This document shows, in pieces, positions 12,056 through 25,580 of a stretch of DNA of 64,000 nucleotides. Source of the DNA: Auanema rhodensis (lineage: Eukaryota; Animalia; Nematoda); contig OZ059895.1 in assembly GCA_964057225.1 (NCBI GenBank), forward strand, positions 23,560,001 to 23,624,000, in the 5' to 3' direction. The notes under the pieces are model-generated. The model was given only the letters and a program-made list of their open reading frames with translations. It was not told the origin of the DNA and ran no database searches. Numbering within the stretch: the first letter of the stretch is position 1; each line of letters opens with the position of its first letter. Made by a program: the position numbers and the translations under genes.

Positions 12056-15000
12056 TAGCATAAATTAAAGTTCACGTAAATTTCAAAGTCATGGTTACCA
12101 TGCACCAATATCAATAAAAATTTGTTGTTAGACTAATATGGACATGGGGAATCTAATTTTGAAAACCGCATCTCTTTATCTTTCACGTAAAGCGAGTTAC
12201 ATACCAAGTGCACATCACGTGTACATTTAATTAGCATAAATTAAAGTTCACGTAAATTTCAAAGTCATGGTTACCATGAACCAATATCAATAAAAATTTG
12301 TTTTTAGACTAATATGGACATGGGGAATCTAAATTTGAAAACCGCATCTCTTTATCTTTCACGTGAAGCGAGTTACATACCAAGTGCACATCACGTGTAC
12401 ATTTAATTAGCATAAATTAAAGTTCACGTAAATTTCAAAGTCATGGTTACCATGAACCAATATCAATAAAAATTTGTTTTTAGACTAATATGGACATGGG
12501 GAATCTAATTTTGAAAACCGCATCTCTTTATCTTTCACGTGAAGCAAGTTACATACCAAGTGCACATCACGTGTACATTTAATTAGCATAAATTAAAGTT
12601 CACGTAAATTTCAAAGTCATGGTTACCATGCACCAATATCAATAAAAATTTGTTGTTAGACTAATATGGACATGGGGAATCTAATTTTGAAAACCGCATC
12701 TCTTTATCTTTCACGTGAAGCGAGTTACAAACCAAGTGCACATCACGTGTACATTTAATTAGCATAAATTAAAGTTCACGTAAATTTCAAAGTCATGGTT
12801 ACCATGAACCAATATCAATAAAAATTTGTTTTTAGACTAATATGGACATGGGGAATCTAATTTTGAAAACCGCATCTCTTTATCTTTCACGTGAAGTGAG
12901 TTACATACCAAGTGCACATCACGTGTACATTTAATTAGCATAAATTAAAATTCACGTAATTTTCAAAGTCATGGTTACCATGAACCAACATCAATAAAAA
13001 TTTGTTTTTAGACTAATATGGACATGGGGAATCTAATTTTGAAAACCGCATCTCTTTATCTTTCACGTGAAGCAAGTTACATACCAAGTGCACATCACGT
13101 GTACATTTAATTAGCATAAATTAAAGTTCACGTAAATTTCAAAGTCATGGTTACCATGCACCAATATCAATAAAAATTTGTTGTTAGACTAATATGGACA
13201 TGGGGAATCTAATTTTGAAAACCGCATCTCTTTATCTTTCACGTGAAGCGAGTTACATACCAAGTGCACATCACGTGTACATTTAATTAGCATAAATTAA
13301 AGTTCACGTAAATTTCAAAGTCATGGTTACCATGAACCAATATCAATAAAAACTTGTTTTTAGACTAATATGGACATGGGGAATCTAAATTTGAAAACCG
13401 CATCTCTTTATCTTTCACGTGAAGCGAGTTACATACCAAGTGCACATCACGTGTACATTTAATTAGCATAAATTAAAGTTCACGTAAATTTCAAAGTCAT
13501 GGTTACCATGAACCAATATCAATAAAAATTTGTTTTTAGACTAATATGGACATGGGGAATCTAATTTTGAAAACCGCATCTCTTTATCTTTCACGTGAAG
13601 CGAGTTACATACCAAGTGCACATCACGTGTACATTTAATTAGCATAAATTAAAGTTCACGTAAATTTCAAAGTCATGGTTACCATGCACCAATATCAATA
13701 AAAATTGATTTTTAGACTAATATGGACATGGGGAATCTAATTTTGAAAATCGCATCTCTTTATCTTTCACGTGAAGCGAGTTACATACCAAGTGCACATC
13801 ACGTGTACATTTAATTAGCATAAATTAAAGTTCACGTAAATTTCAAAGTCATGGTTACCATGCACCAATATCAATAAAAATTGGTTTTTAGACTAATATG
13901 GACATGGGGAATCTAATTTTGAAAATCGCATCTCTTTATCTTTCACGTGAAGCGAGTTACATACCAAGTGCACATCACGTGTACATTTAATTAGCATAAA
14001 TTAAAGTTCACGTAAATTTCAAAGTCATGGTTACCATGAACCAATATCAATAAAAATTTGTTTTTAGACTAATATGGACATGGGGAATCTAATTTTGAAA
14101 ACAGCATCTCTTTATCTTTCACGTGAAGCGAGTTACATACCAAGTGCACATCACGTGTACATTTAATTAGCATAAATTAAAGTTCACGTAAATTTCAAAG
14201 TCATGGTTACCATGAACCAATATCAATAAAAATTTGTTTTTAGACTAATATGGACATGGGGAATCTAATTTTGAAAACCGCATCTCTCTATCTTTCACGT
14301 GAAGCGAGTTACATACCAAGTGCACATCACGTGTACATTTAATTAGCATAAATTAAAGTTCACGTAAATTTCAAAGTCATGGTTACCATGAACCAATATC
14401 AATAAAAATTTGTTTTTAGACTAATATGGACATGGGGAATCTAATTTTGAAAACCGCATCTCTTTATCTTTCACGTGAAGCGAGTTACATACCAAGTGCA
14501 CATCACGTGTACATTTAATTAGCATAAATTAAAGTTCACGTAAATTTCAAAGTCATGGTTACCATGAACCAATATCAATAAAAATTTGTTGTTAGACTAA
14601 TATGGACATGGGGAATCTAATTTTGAAAACCGCATCTCTTTATCTTTCACGTGAAGCGAGTTACATACCAAGTGCACATCACGTGTACATTTAATTAGCA
14701 TAAATTAAAGTTCACGTAAATTCCAAAGTCATGGTTACCATGAACCAATATCAATAAAAATTTGTTTTTAGACTAATATGGACATGGGGAATCTAATTTT
14801 GAAAACCGCATCTCTTTATCTTTCACGTGAAGCGAGTTACATACCAAGTGCACATCACGTGTACATTTAATTAGCATAAATTAAAGTTCACGTAAATTTC
14901 AAAGTCATGGTTACCATGAACCAATATCAATAAAAATTTGTTTTTAGACTAATATGGACATGGGGAATCTAATTTTGAAAACCGCATCTCTTTATCTTTC

Positions 15001-15430
15001 ACGTGAAGCGAGTTACATACCAAGTGCACATCACGTGTACATTTAATTAGCATAAATTAAAGTTCACGTAAATTTCAAAGTCATGGTTACCATGCACCAA
15101 TATCAATAAAAATTGGTTTTTAGACTAATATGGACATGGGGAATCTAATTTTGAGAATCGCATCTCTTTATCTTTCACGTGAAGCGAGTTACATACCAAG
15201 TGCACATCACGTGTACATTTAATTAGCATAAATTAAAGTTCACGTAAATTTCAAAGTCATGGTTACCATGCACCAATATCAATAAAAATTGGTTTTTAGA
15301 CTAATATGGACATGGGGAATCTAATTTTGAAAATCGCATCTCTTTATCTTTCACGTGAAGCGAGTTACATACCAAGTGCACATCACGTGTACATTTAATT
15401 AGCATAAATTAAAGTTCACGTAAATTCCAA
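12056..15430 (+). repeat. Satellite array, 176-bp monomer (Sat176), about 19 copies
   Basis: The unit TAGCATAAATTAAAGTTCACGTAAATTTCAAAGTCATGGTTACCATG...CACATCACGTGTACATTTAAT recurs at 12056, 12232, 12408 and onward (period 176). It abuts Sat351 directly (TTTTGTC|TAGCAT). Confidence 0.99.
12358..12401. promoter_or_regulatory. Paired CACGTG E-box motifs in each Sat176 monomer (example copy); function unknown
   Basis: TTCACGTGAA and ATCACGTGTACA occur in nearly every monomer, plus a third TTCACGTA. The motifs are read directly; protein binding is only inferred. Confidence 0.4.
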
Positions 15431-15438
15431 CAACAAAC
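15431..15438. other. Inversion junction 2: 8-nt filler CAACAAAC
   Basis: The forward block ends at TAAATTCCAA (15430) and the reverse block begins at AACAACAAATTTTT (15439). Positions 15429-15437 (AACAACAAA) duplicate 15439-15447. Confidence 0.9.
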
Positions 15439-18400
15439 AACAACAAATTTTTATTGATATTGGTGCATGGTAACCATGACTTTGAAATTTACGTGAACTT
15501 TAATTTATGCTAATTAAATGTACACGTGATGTGCACTTGGTATGTAACTCGCTTCACGTGAAAGATAGAGAGATGCGGTTTTCAAAATTAGATTCCCCAT
15601 GTCCATATTAGTCTAAAAACAAATTTTTATTGATATTGGTTCATGGTAACCATGACTTTGAAATTTACGTGAACTTTAATTTATGCTAATTAAATGTACA
15701 CGTGATGTGCACTTGGTATGTAACTCGCTTCACGTGAAAGATAAAGAGATGCGGTTTTCAAAATTAGATTCCCCATGTCCATATTAGTCTAAAAACAAAT
15801 TTTTATTGATATTGGTTCATGGTAACCATGACTTTGAAATTTACGTGAACTTTAATTTATGCTAATTAAATGTACACGTGATGTGCACTTGGTATGTAAC
15901 TCGCTTCACGTGAAAGATAAAGAGATGCGGTTTTCAAAATTAGATTCCCCATGTCCATATTAGTCTAAAAACAAATTTTTATTGATATTGGTTCATGGTA
16001 ACCATGACTTTGGAATTTACGTGAACTTTAATTTATGCTAATTAAATGTACACGTGATGTGCACTTGGTATGTAACTCGCTTCACGTGAAAGATAAAGAG
16101 ATGCGGTTTTCAAAATTAGATTCCCCATGTCCATATTAGTCTAACAACAAATTTTTATTGATATTGGTTCATGGTAACCATGACTGTGAAATTTACGTGA
16201 ACTTTAATTTATGCTAATTAAATGTACACGTGATGTGCACTTGGTATGTAACTCGCTTCACGTGAAAGATAAAGAGATGCGGTTTTCAAAATTAGATTCC
16301 CCATGTCCATATTAGTCTAAAAACAAATTTTTATTGATATTGGTTCATGGTAACCATGACTTTGAAATTTACGTGAACTTTAATTTATGCTAATTAAATG
16401 TACACGTGATGTGCACTTGGTTTGTAACTCGCTTCACGTGAAAGATAAAGAGATGCGGTTTTCAAAATTAGATTCCCCATGTCCATATTAGTCTAAAAAC
16501 AAATTTTTATTGATATTGGCTCATGGTAACCATGACTTTGAAATTTACGTGAACTTTAATTTATGCTAATTAAATGTACACGTGATGTGCACTTGGTATG
16601 TAACTCGCTTCACGTGAAAGATAAAGAGATGCGATTTTCAAAATTAGATTCCCCATGTCCATATTAGTCTAAAAACCAATTTTTATTGATATTGGTGCAT
16701 GGTAACCATGACTTTGAAATTTACGTGAACTTTAATTTATGCTAATTAAATGTACACGTGATGTGCACTTGGTATGTAACTCGCTTCACGTGAAAGATAA
16801 AGAGATGCGATTTTCAAAATTAGATTCCCCATGTCCATATTAGTCTAAAAACCAATTTTTATTGATATTGGTGCATGGTAACCATGACTTTGAAATTTAC
16901 GTGAACTTTAATTTATGCTAATTAAATGTACACGTGATGTGCACTTGGTATGTAACTCGCTTCACGTGAAAGATAAAGAGATGCGGTTTTCAAAATTAGA
17001 TTCCCCATGTCCATATTAGTCTAAAAACAAATTTTTATTGATATTGGTTCATGGTAACCATGACTTTGAAATTTACGTGAACTTTAATTTATGCTAATTA
17101 AATGTACACGTGATGTGCACTTGGTATGTAACTCGCTTCACGTGAAAGATAAAGAGATGCGGTTTTCAAATTTAGATTCCCCATGTCCATATTAGTCTAA
17201 AAACAAATTTTTATTGATATTGGTTCATGGTAACCATGACTTTGAAATTTACGTGAACTTTAATTTATGCCAATTAAATGTAAATTTATGCTAATTAAAT
17301 GTACACGTGATGTGCACTTGGTATGTAACTCGCTTCACGTGAAAGATAAAGAGATGCGGTTTTCAAAATTAGATTCCCCATGTCCATATTAGTCTAAAAA
17401 CAAATTTTTATTGATATTGGTTCATGGTAACCATGACTTTGAAATTTACGTGAACTTTAATTTATGCTAATTAAATGTACACGTGATGTGCACTTGGTAT
17501 GTAACTCGCTTCACGTGAAAGATAGAGAGATGCGGTTTTCAAAATTAGATTCCCCATGTCCATATTAGTCTAAAAACAAATTTTTATTGATATTGGTTCA
17601 TGGTAACCATGACTTTGAAATTTACGTGAACTTTAATTTATGCCAATTAAATGTAAATTTATGCTAATTAAATGTACACGTGATGTGCACTTGGTATGTA
17701 ACTCGCTTCACGTGAAAGATAAAGAGATGCGGTTTTCAAAATTAGATTCCCCATGTCCATATTAGTCTAACAACAAATTTTTATTGATATTGGTGCATGG
17801 TAACCATGACTTTGAAATTTACGTGAACTTTAATTTATGCTAATTAAATGTACACGTGATGTGCACTTGGTATGTAACTCGCTTCACGTGAAAGATAGAG
17901 AGATGCGGTTTTCAAAATTAGATTCCCCATGTCCATATTAGTCTAAAAACAAATTTTTATTGATATTGGTTCATGGTAACCATGACTTTGAAATTTACGT
18001 GAACTTTAATTTATGCTAATTAAATGTACACGTGATGTGCACTTGGTATGTAACTCGCTTCACGTGAAAGATAAAGAGATGCGGTTTTCAAAATTAGATT
18101 CCCCATGTCCATATTAGTCTAAAAACAAATTTTTATTGATATTGGCTCATGGTAACCATGACTTTGAAATTTACGTGAACTTTAATTTATGCTAATTAAA
18201 TGTACACGTGATGTGCACTTGGTATGTAACTCGCTTCACGTGAAAGATAAAGAGATGCGATTTTCAAAATTAGATTCCCCATGTCCATATTAGTCTAAAA
18301 ACCAATTTTTATTGATATTGGTGCATGGTAACCATGACTTTGAAATTTACGTGAACTTTAATTTATGCTAATTAAATGTACACGTGATGTGCACTTGGTA

Positions 18401-21400
18401 TGTAACTCGCTTCACGTGAAAGATAAAGAGATGCGATTTTCAAAATTAGATTCCCCATGTCCATATTAGTCTAAAAACCAATTTTTATTGATATTGGTGC
18501 ATGGTAACCATGACTTTGAAATTTACGTGAACTTTAATTTATGCTAATTAAATGTACACGTGATGTGCACTTGGTATGTAACTCGCTTCACGTGAAAGAT
18601 AAAGAGATGCGGTTTTCAAAATTAGATTCCCCATGTCCATATTAGTCTAAAAACAAATTTTTATTGATATTGGTTCATGGTAACCATGACTTTGAAATTT
18701 ACGTGAACTTTAATTTATGCTAATTAAATGTACACGTGATGTGCACTTGGTATGTAACTCGCTTCACGTGAAAGATAAAGAGATGCGGTTTTCAAATTTA
18801 GATTCCCCATGTCCATATTAGTCTAAAAACAAATTTTTATTGATATTGGTTCATGGTAACCATGACTTTGAAATTTACGTGAACTTTAATTTATGCTAAT
18901 TAAATGTACACGTGATGTGCACTTGGTATGTAACTCGCTTCACGTGAAAGATAGAGAGATGCGGTTTTCAAAATTAGATTCCCCATGTCCATATTAGTCT
19001 AAAAACAAATTTTTATTGATATTGGTTCATGGTAACCATGACTTTGAAATTTACGTGAACTTTAATTTATGCTAATTAAATGTACACGTGATGTGCACTT
19101 GGTATGTAACTCGCTTCACGTGAAAGATAAAGAGATGCGGTTTTCAAAATTAGATTCCCCATGTCCATATTAGTCTAACAACAAATTTTTATTGATATTG
19201 GTGCATGGTAACCATGACTTTGAAATTTACGTGAACTTTAATTTATGCTAATTAAATGTACACGTGATGTGCACTTGGTATGTAACTCGCTTCACGTGAA
19301 AGATAAAGAGATGCGGTTTTCAAAATTAGATTCCCCATGTCCATATTAGTCTAAAAACAAATTTTTATTGATATTGGTTCATGGTAACCATGACTTTGAA
19401 ATTTACGTGAACTTTAATTTATGCTAATTAAATGTACACGTGATGTGCACTTGGTTTGTAACTCGCTTCACGTGAAAGATAAAGAGATGCGGTTTTCAAA
19501 ATTAGATTCCCCATGTCCATATTAGTCTAACAACAAATTTTTATTGATATTGGTGCATGGTAACCATGACTTTGAAATTTACGTGAACTTTAATTTATGC
19601 TAATTAAATGTACACGTGATGTGCACTTGGTATGTAACTCGCTTCACGTGAAAGATAAAGAGATGCGGTTTTCAAAATTAGATTCCCCATGTCCATATTA
19701 GTCTAACAACAAATTTTTATTGATATTGGTGCATGGTAACCATGACTTTGAAATTTACGTGAACTTTAATTTATGCTAATTAAATGTACACGTGATGTGC
19801 ACTTGGTATGTAACTTGCTTCACGTGAAAGATAAAGAGATGCGGTTTTCAAAATAAGATTCCCCATGTCCATATTAGTCTAAAAACAAATTTTTATTGAT
19901 ATTGGTTCATGGTAACCATGACTTTGAAAATTACGTGAACTTTAATTTATGCTAATTAAATGTACACGTGATGTGCACTTGGTATGTAACTCGCTTCACG
20001 TGAAAGATAAAGAGATGCGGTTTTCAAAATTAGATTCCCCATGTCCATATTAGTCTAAAAACAAATTTTTATTGATATTGGTTCATGGTAACCATGACTT
20101 TGAAATTTACGTGAACTTTAATTTATGCTAATTAAATGTACACGTGATGTGCACTTGGTTTGTAACTCGCTTCACGTGAAAGATAAAGAGATGCGGTTTT
20201 CAAAATTAGATTCCCCATGTCCATATTAGTCTAACAACAAATTTTTATTGATATTGGTGCATGGTAACCATGACTTTGAAATTTACGTGAACTTCAATTT
20301 ATGCTAATTAAATGTACACGTGATGTGCACTTGGTATGTAACTTGCTTCACGTGAAAGATAAAGAGATGCGGTTTTCAAAATTAGATTCCCCATGTCCAT
20401 ATTAGTCTAAAAACAAATTTTTATTGATATTGGTTCATGGTAACCATGACTTTGAAATTTACGTGAACTTTAATTTATGCTAATTAAATGTACACGTGAT
20501 GTGCACTTGGTATGTAACTCGCTTCACGTGAAAGATAAAGAGATGCGGTTTTCAAAATTAGATTCCCCATGTCCATATTAGTCTAAAAACAAATTTTTAT
20601 TGATATTGGTTCATGGTAATCATGACTTTGAAATTTACGTGAACTTTAATTTATGCTAATTAAATGTACACGTGATGTGCACTTGGTATGTAACTCGCTT
20701 CACGTGAAAGATAAAGAGATGCGGTTTTCAAAATTAGATTCCCCATGTCCATATTAGTCTAAAAACAAATTTTTATTGATATTGGTTCATGGTAACCATG
20801 ACTTTGAAATTTACGTGAACTTTAATTTATGCTAATTAAATGTACACGTGATGTGCACTTGGTATGTAACTCGCTTCACGTGAAAGATAAAGAGATGCGG
20901 TTTTCAAAATTAGATTCCCCATGTCCATATTAGTCTAACAACAAATTTTTATTGATATTGGTGCATGGTAACCATGACTTTGAAATTTACGTGAACTTTA
21001 ATTTATGCTAATTAAATGTACACGCGATGTGCACTTGGTATGTAACTCGCTTCACGTGAAAGATAAAGAGATGCGGTTTTCAAAATTAGATTCCCCATGT
21101 CCATATTAGTCTAAAAACAAATTTTTATTGATATTGGTTCATGGTAACCATGACTTTGAAATTTACGTGAACTTTAATTTATGCTAATTAAATGTACACG
21201 TGATGTGCACTTGGTATGTAACTCGCTTCACGTGAAAGATAAAGAGATGCGGTTTTCAAATTTAGATTCCCCATGTCCATATTAGTCTAAAAACAAATTT
21301 TTATTGATATTGGTTCATGGTAACCATGACTTTGAAATTTACGTGAACTTTAATTTATGCTAATTAAATGTACACGTGATGTGCACTTGGTATGTAACTC

Positions 21401-24400
21401 GCTTCACGTGAAAGATAAAGAGATGCGATTTTTAAAATTAGATTCCCCATGTCCATATTAGTCTAAAAACCAATTTTTATTGATATTGGTGCATGGTAAC
21501 CATGACTTTGAAATTTACGTGAACTTTAATTTATGCTAATTAAATGTACACGTGATGTGCACTTGGTATGTAACTCGCTTCACGTGAAAGATAAAGAGAT
21601 GCGGTTTTCAAAATTAGATTCCCCATGTCCATATTAGTCTAACAACAAATTTTTATTGATATTGGTGCATGGTAACCATGACTTTGAAATTTACGTGAAC
21701 TTTAATTTATGCTAATTAAATGTACACGTGATGTGCACTTGGTATGTAACTTGCTTCACGTGAAAGATAAAGAGATGCGGTTTTCAAAATAAGATTCCCC
21801 ATGTCCATATTAGTCTAAAAACAAATTTTTATTGATATTGGTTCATGGTAACCATGACTTTGAAAATTACGTGAACTTTAATTTATGCTAATTAAATGTA
21901 CACGTGATGTGCACTTGGTATGTAACTCGCTTCACGTGAAAGATAAAGAGATGCGGTTTTCAAAATTAGATTCCCCATGTCCATATTAGTCTAAAAACAA
22001 ATTTTTATTGATATTGGTTCATGGTAACCATGACTTTGAAATTTACGTGAACTTTAATTTATGCTAATTAAATGTACACGTGATGTGCACTTGGTTTGTA
22101 ACTCGCTTCACGTGAAAGATAAAGAGATGCGGTTTTCAAAATTAGATTCCCCATGTCCATATTAGTCTAAAAACAAATTTTTATTGATATTGGTTCATGG
22201 TAACCATGACTTTGAAATTTACGTGAACTTTAATTTATGCTAATTAAATGTACACGTGATGTGCACTTGGTATGTAACTTGCTTCACGTGAAAGATAAAG
22301 AGATGCGGTTTTCAAAATTAGATTCCCCATGTCCATATTAGTCTAAAAACAAATTTTTATTGATATTGGTTCATGGTAACCATGACTTTGAAATTTACGT
22401 GAACTTTAATTTATGCTAATTAAATTTACACGTGATGTGCACTTGGTATGTAACTCGCTTCACGTGAAAGATAAAGAGATGCGGTTTTCAAAATTAGATT
22501 CCCCATGTCCATATTAGTCTAAAAACAAATTTTTTATGATATTGGTTCATGGTAACCATGACTTTGAAATTTACGTGAACTTTAATTTATGCTAATTAAA
22601 TGTACACGTGATGTGCACTTGGTATGTAACTCGCTTCACGTGAAAGATAAAGAGATGCGGTTTTCAAAATTAGATTCCCCATGTCCATATTAGTCTAAAA
22701 ACAAATTTTTATTGATATTGGTTCATGGTAACCATGACTTTGAAATTTACGTGAACTTTAATTTATGCTAATTAAATGTACACGTGATGTGCACTTGGTA
22801 TGTAACTCGCTTCACGTGAAAGATAAAGAGATGCGGTTTTCAAAATTAGATTCCCCATGTCCATATTAGTCTAACAACAAATTTTTATTGATATTGGTGC
22901 ATGGTAACCATGACTTTGAAATTTACGTGAACTTTAATTTATGCTAATTAAATGTACACGCGATGTGCACTTGGTATGTAACTCGCTTCACGTGAAAGAT
23001 AAAGAGATGCGGTTTTCAAAATTAGATTCCCCATGTCCATATTAGTCTAACAACAAATTTTTATTGATATTGGTGCATGGTAACCATGACTTTGAAATTT
23101 ACGTGAACTTTAATTTATGCTAATTAAATGTACACGTGATGTGCACTTGGTATGTAACTCGCTTCACGTGAAAGATAGAGAGATGCGGTTTTCAAAATTA
23201 GATTCTTCATGTCCATATTAGTCTAACAACAAATTTTTATTGATATTGGTGCATGGTAACCATGACTTTGAAATTTACGTGAACTTTAATTTATGCTAAT
23301 TAAATGTACACGTGATGTGCACTTGGTATGCAACTCGCTTCACGTGAAAGATAAAGAGATGCGGTTTTCAAAATTAGATTCCCCATGTCCATATTAGTAT
23401 AAAAACAAATTTTTATTGATATTGGTGCATGGTAATTATGACTTTGAAATTTACGTGAACTTTAATTTATGCTAATTAAATGTACACGTGATGTGCACTT
23501 GGTATGTAACTCGCTTCACGTGAAAGATAAAGAGATGCGGTTTTCAAAATTAGATTCCCCATGTCCATATTAGTCTAAAAACAAATTTTTATTGATATTG
23601 GTTCATGGTAACCATGACTTTGAAATTTACGTGAACTTTAATTTATGCTAATTAAATGTACACGTGATGGGCACTTGGTATGTAACTCGCTTCACGTGAA
23701 AGATAAAGAGATGCGGTTTTCAAAATTAGATTCCCCATGTCCATATTAGTCTAAAAACAAATTTTTATTGATATTGGTTCATGGTAACCATGACTTTGAA
23801 ATTTACGTGAACTTTAATTTATGCTAATTAAATGTACACGTGATGTGCACTTGGTATGTAACTCGCTTCACGTGAAAGATAAAGAGATGCGATTTTTAAA
23901 ATTAGATTCCCCATGTCCATATTAGTCTAAAAACCAATTTTTATTGATATTGGTGCATGGTAACCATGACTTTGAAATTTACGTGAACTTTAATTTATGC
24001 TAATTAAATGTACACGTGATGTGCACTTGGTATGTAACTCGCTTCACGTGAAAGATAAAGAGATGCGGTTTTCAAAATTAGATTCCCCATGTCCATATTA
24101 GTCTAACAACAAATTTTTATTGATATTGGTGCATGGTAACCATGACTTTGAAATTTACGTGAACTTTAATTTATGCTAATTAAATGTACACGTGATGTGC
24201 ACTTGGTATGTAACTTGCTTCACGTGAAAGATAAAGAGATGCGGTTTTCAAAATAAGATTCCCCATGTCCATATTAGTCTAAAAACAAATTTTTATTGAT
24301 ATTGGTTCATGGTAACCATGACTTTGAAAATTACGTGAACTTTAATTTATGCTAATTAAATGTACACGTGATGTGCACTTGGTATGTAACTCGCTTCACG

Positions 24401-25522
24401 TGAAAGATAAAGAGATGCGGTTTTCAAAATTAGATTCCCCATGTCCATATTAGTCTAAAAACAAATTTTTATTGATATTGGTTCATGGTAACCATGACTT
24501 TGAAATTTACGTGAACTTTAATTTATGCTAATTAAATGTACACGTGATGTGCACTTGGTATGTAACTCGCTTCACGTGAAAGATAAAGAGATGCGGTTTT
24601 CAAAATTAGATTCCCCATGTCCATATTAGTCTAAAAACAAATTTTTATTGATATTGGTTCATGGTAACCATGACTTTGAAATTTACGTGAACTTTAATTT
24701 ATGCTAATTAAATGTACACGTGATGTGCACTTGGTTTGTAACTCGCTTCACGTGAAAGATAAAGAGATGCGGTTTTCAAAATTAGATTCCCCATGTCCAT
24801 ATTAGTCTAAAAACAAATTTTTATTGATATTGGTTCATGGTAACCATGACTTTGAAATTTACGTGAACTTTAATTTATGCTAATTAAATGTACACGTGAT
24901 GTGCACTTGGTATGTAACTTGCTTCACGTGAAAGATAAAGAGATGCGGTTTTCAAAATTAGATTCCCCATGTCCATATTAGTCTAAAAACAAATTTTTAT
25001 TGATATTGGTTCATGGTAACCATGACTTTGAAATTTACGTGAACTTTAATTTATGCTAATTAAATTTACACGTGATGTGCACTTGGTATGTAACTCGCTT
25101 CACGTGAAAGATAAAGAGATGCGGTTTTCAAAATTAGATTCCCCATGTCCATATTAGTCTAAAAACAAATTTTTATTGATATTGGTTCATGGTAACCATG
25201 ACTTTGAAATTTACGTGAACTTTAATTTATGCTAATTAAATGTACACGTGATGTGCACTTGGTATGTAACTCGCTTCACGTGAAAGATAAAGAGATGCGG
25301 TTTTCAAAATTAGATTCCCCATGTCCATATTAGTCTAAAAACAAATTTTTATTGATATTGGTTCATGGTAACCATGACTTTGAAATTTACGTGAACTTTA
25401 ATTTATGCTAATTAAATGTACACGTGATGTGCACTTGGTATGTAACTCGCTTCACGTGAAAGATAAAGAGATGCGGTTTTCAAAATTAGATTCCCCATGT
25501 CCATATTAGTCTAACAACAAAT
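15439..25522 (-). repeat. Sat176 reverse block, 57 monomers (55 x 176 + 2 x 197) plus 10 nt
   Basis: Reverse complement of Sat176. It begins and ends with AACAACAAAT (15439, 25513); the distance is 10074 = 57x176 + 2x21. The AAATAAGATT variant at 19855, 21791 and 24255 gives internal offsets of 11 and 14 monomers. Confidence 0.98.
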
Positions 25523-25580
25523 AATTAGCATAAATTAAAGTTCACGTAAATTTCAAAGTCATGGTTACCATCCACCAATA
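25522..25580 (+). other. Inversion junction 3: about 59-bp Sat176 fragment, probable templated insertion
   Basis: Truncated monomer TAATTAGCAT...CCATCCACCAATA, joined by a 1-nt (T) overlap on the left and a 2-nt (TA) overlap on the right. It carries the rare CCATCCACC allele (25572), which I otherwise saw only at 26029. Confidence 0.8.
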
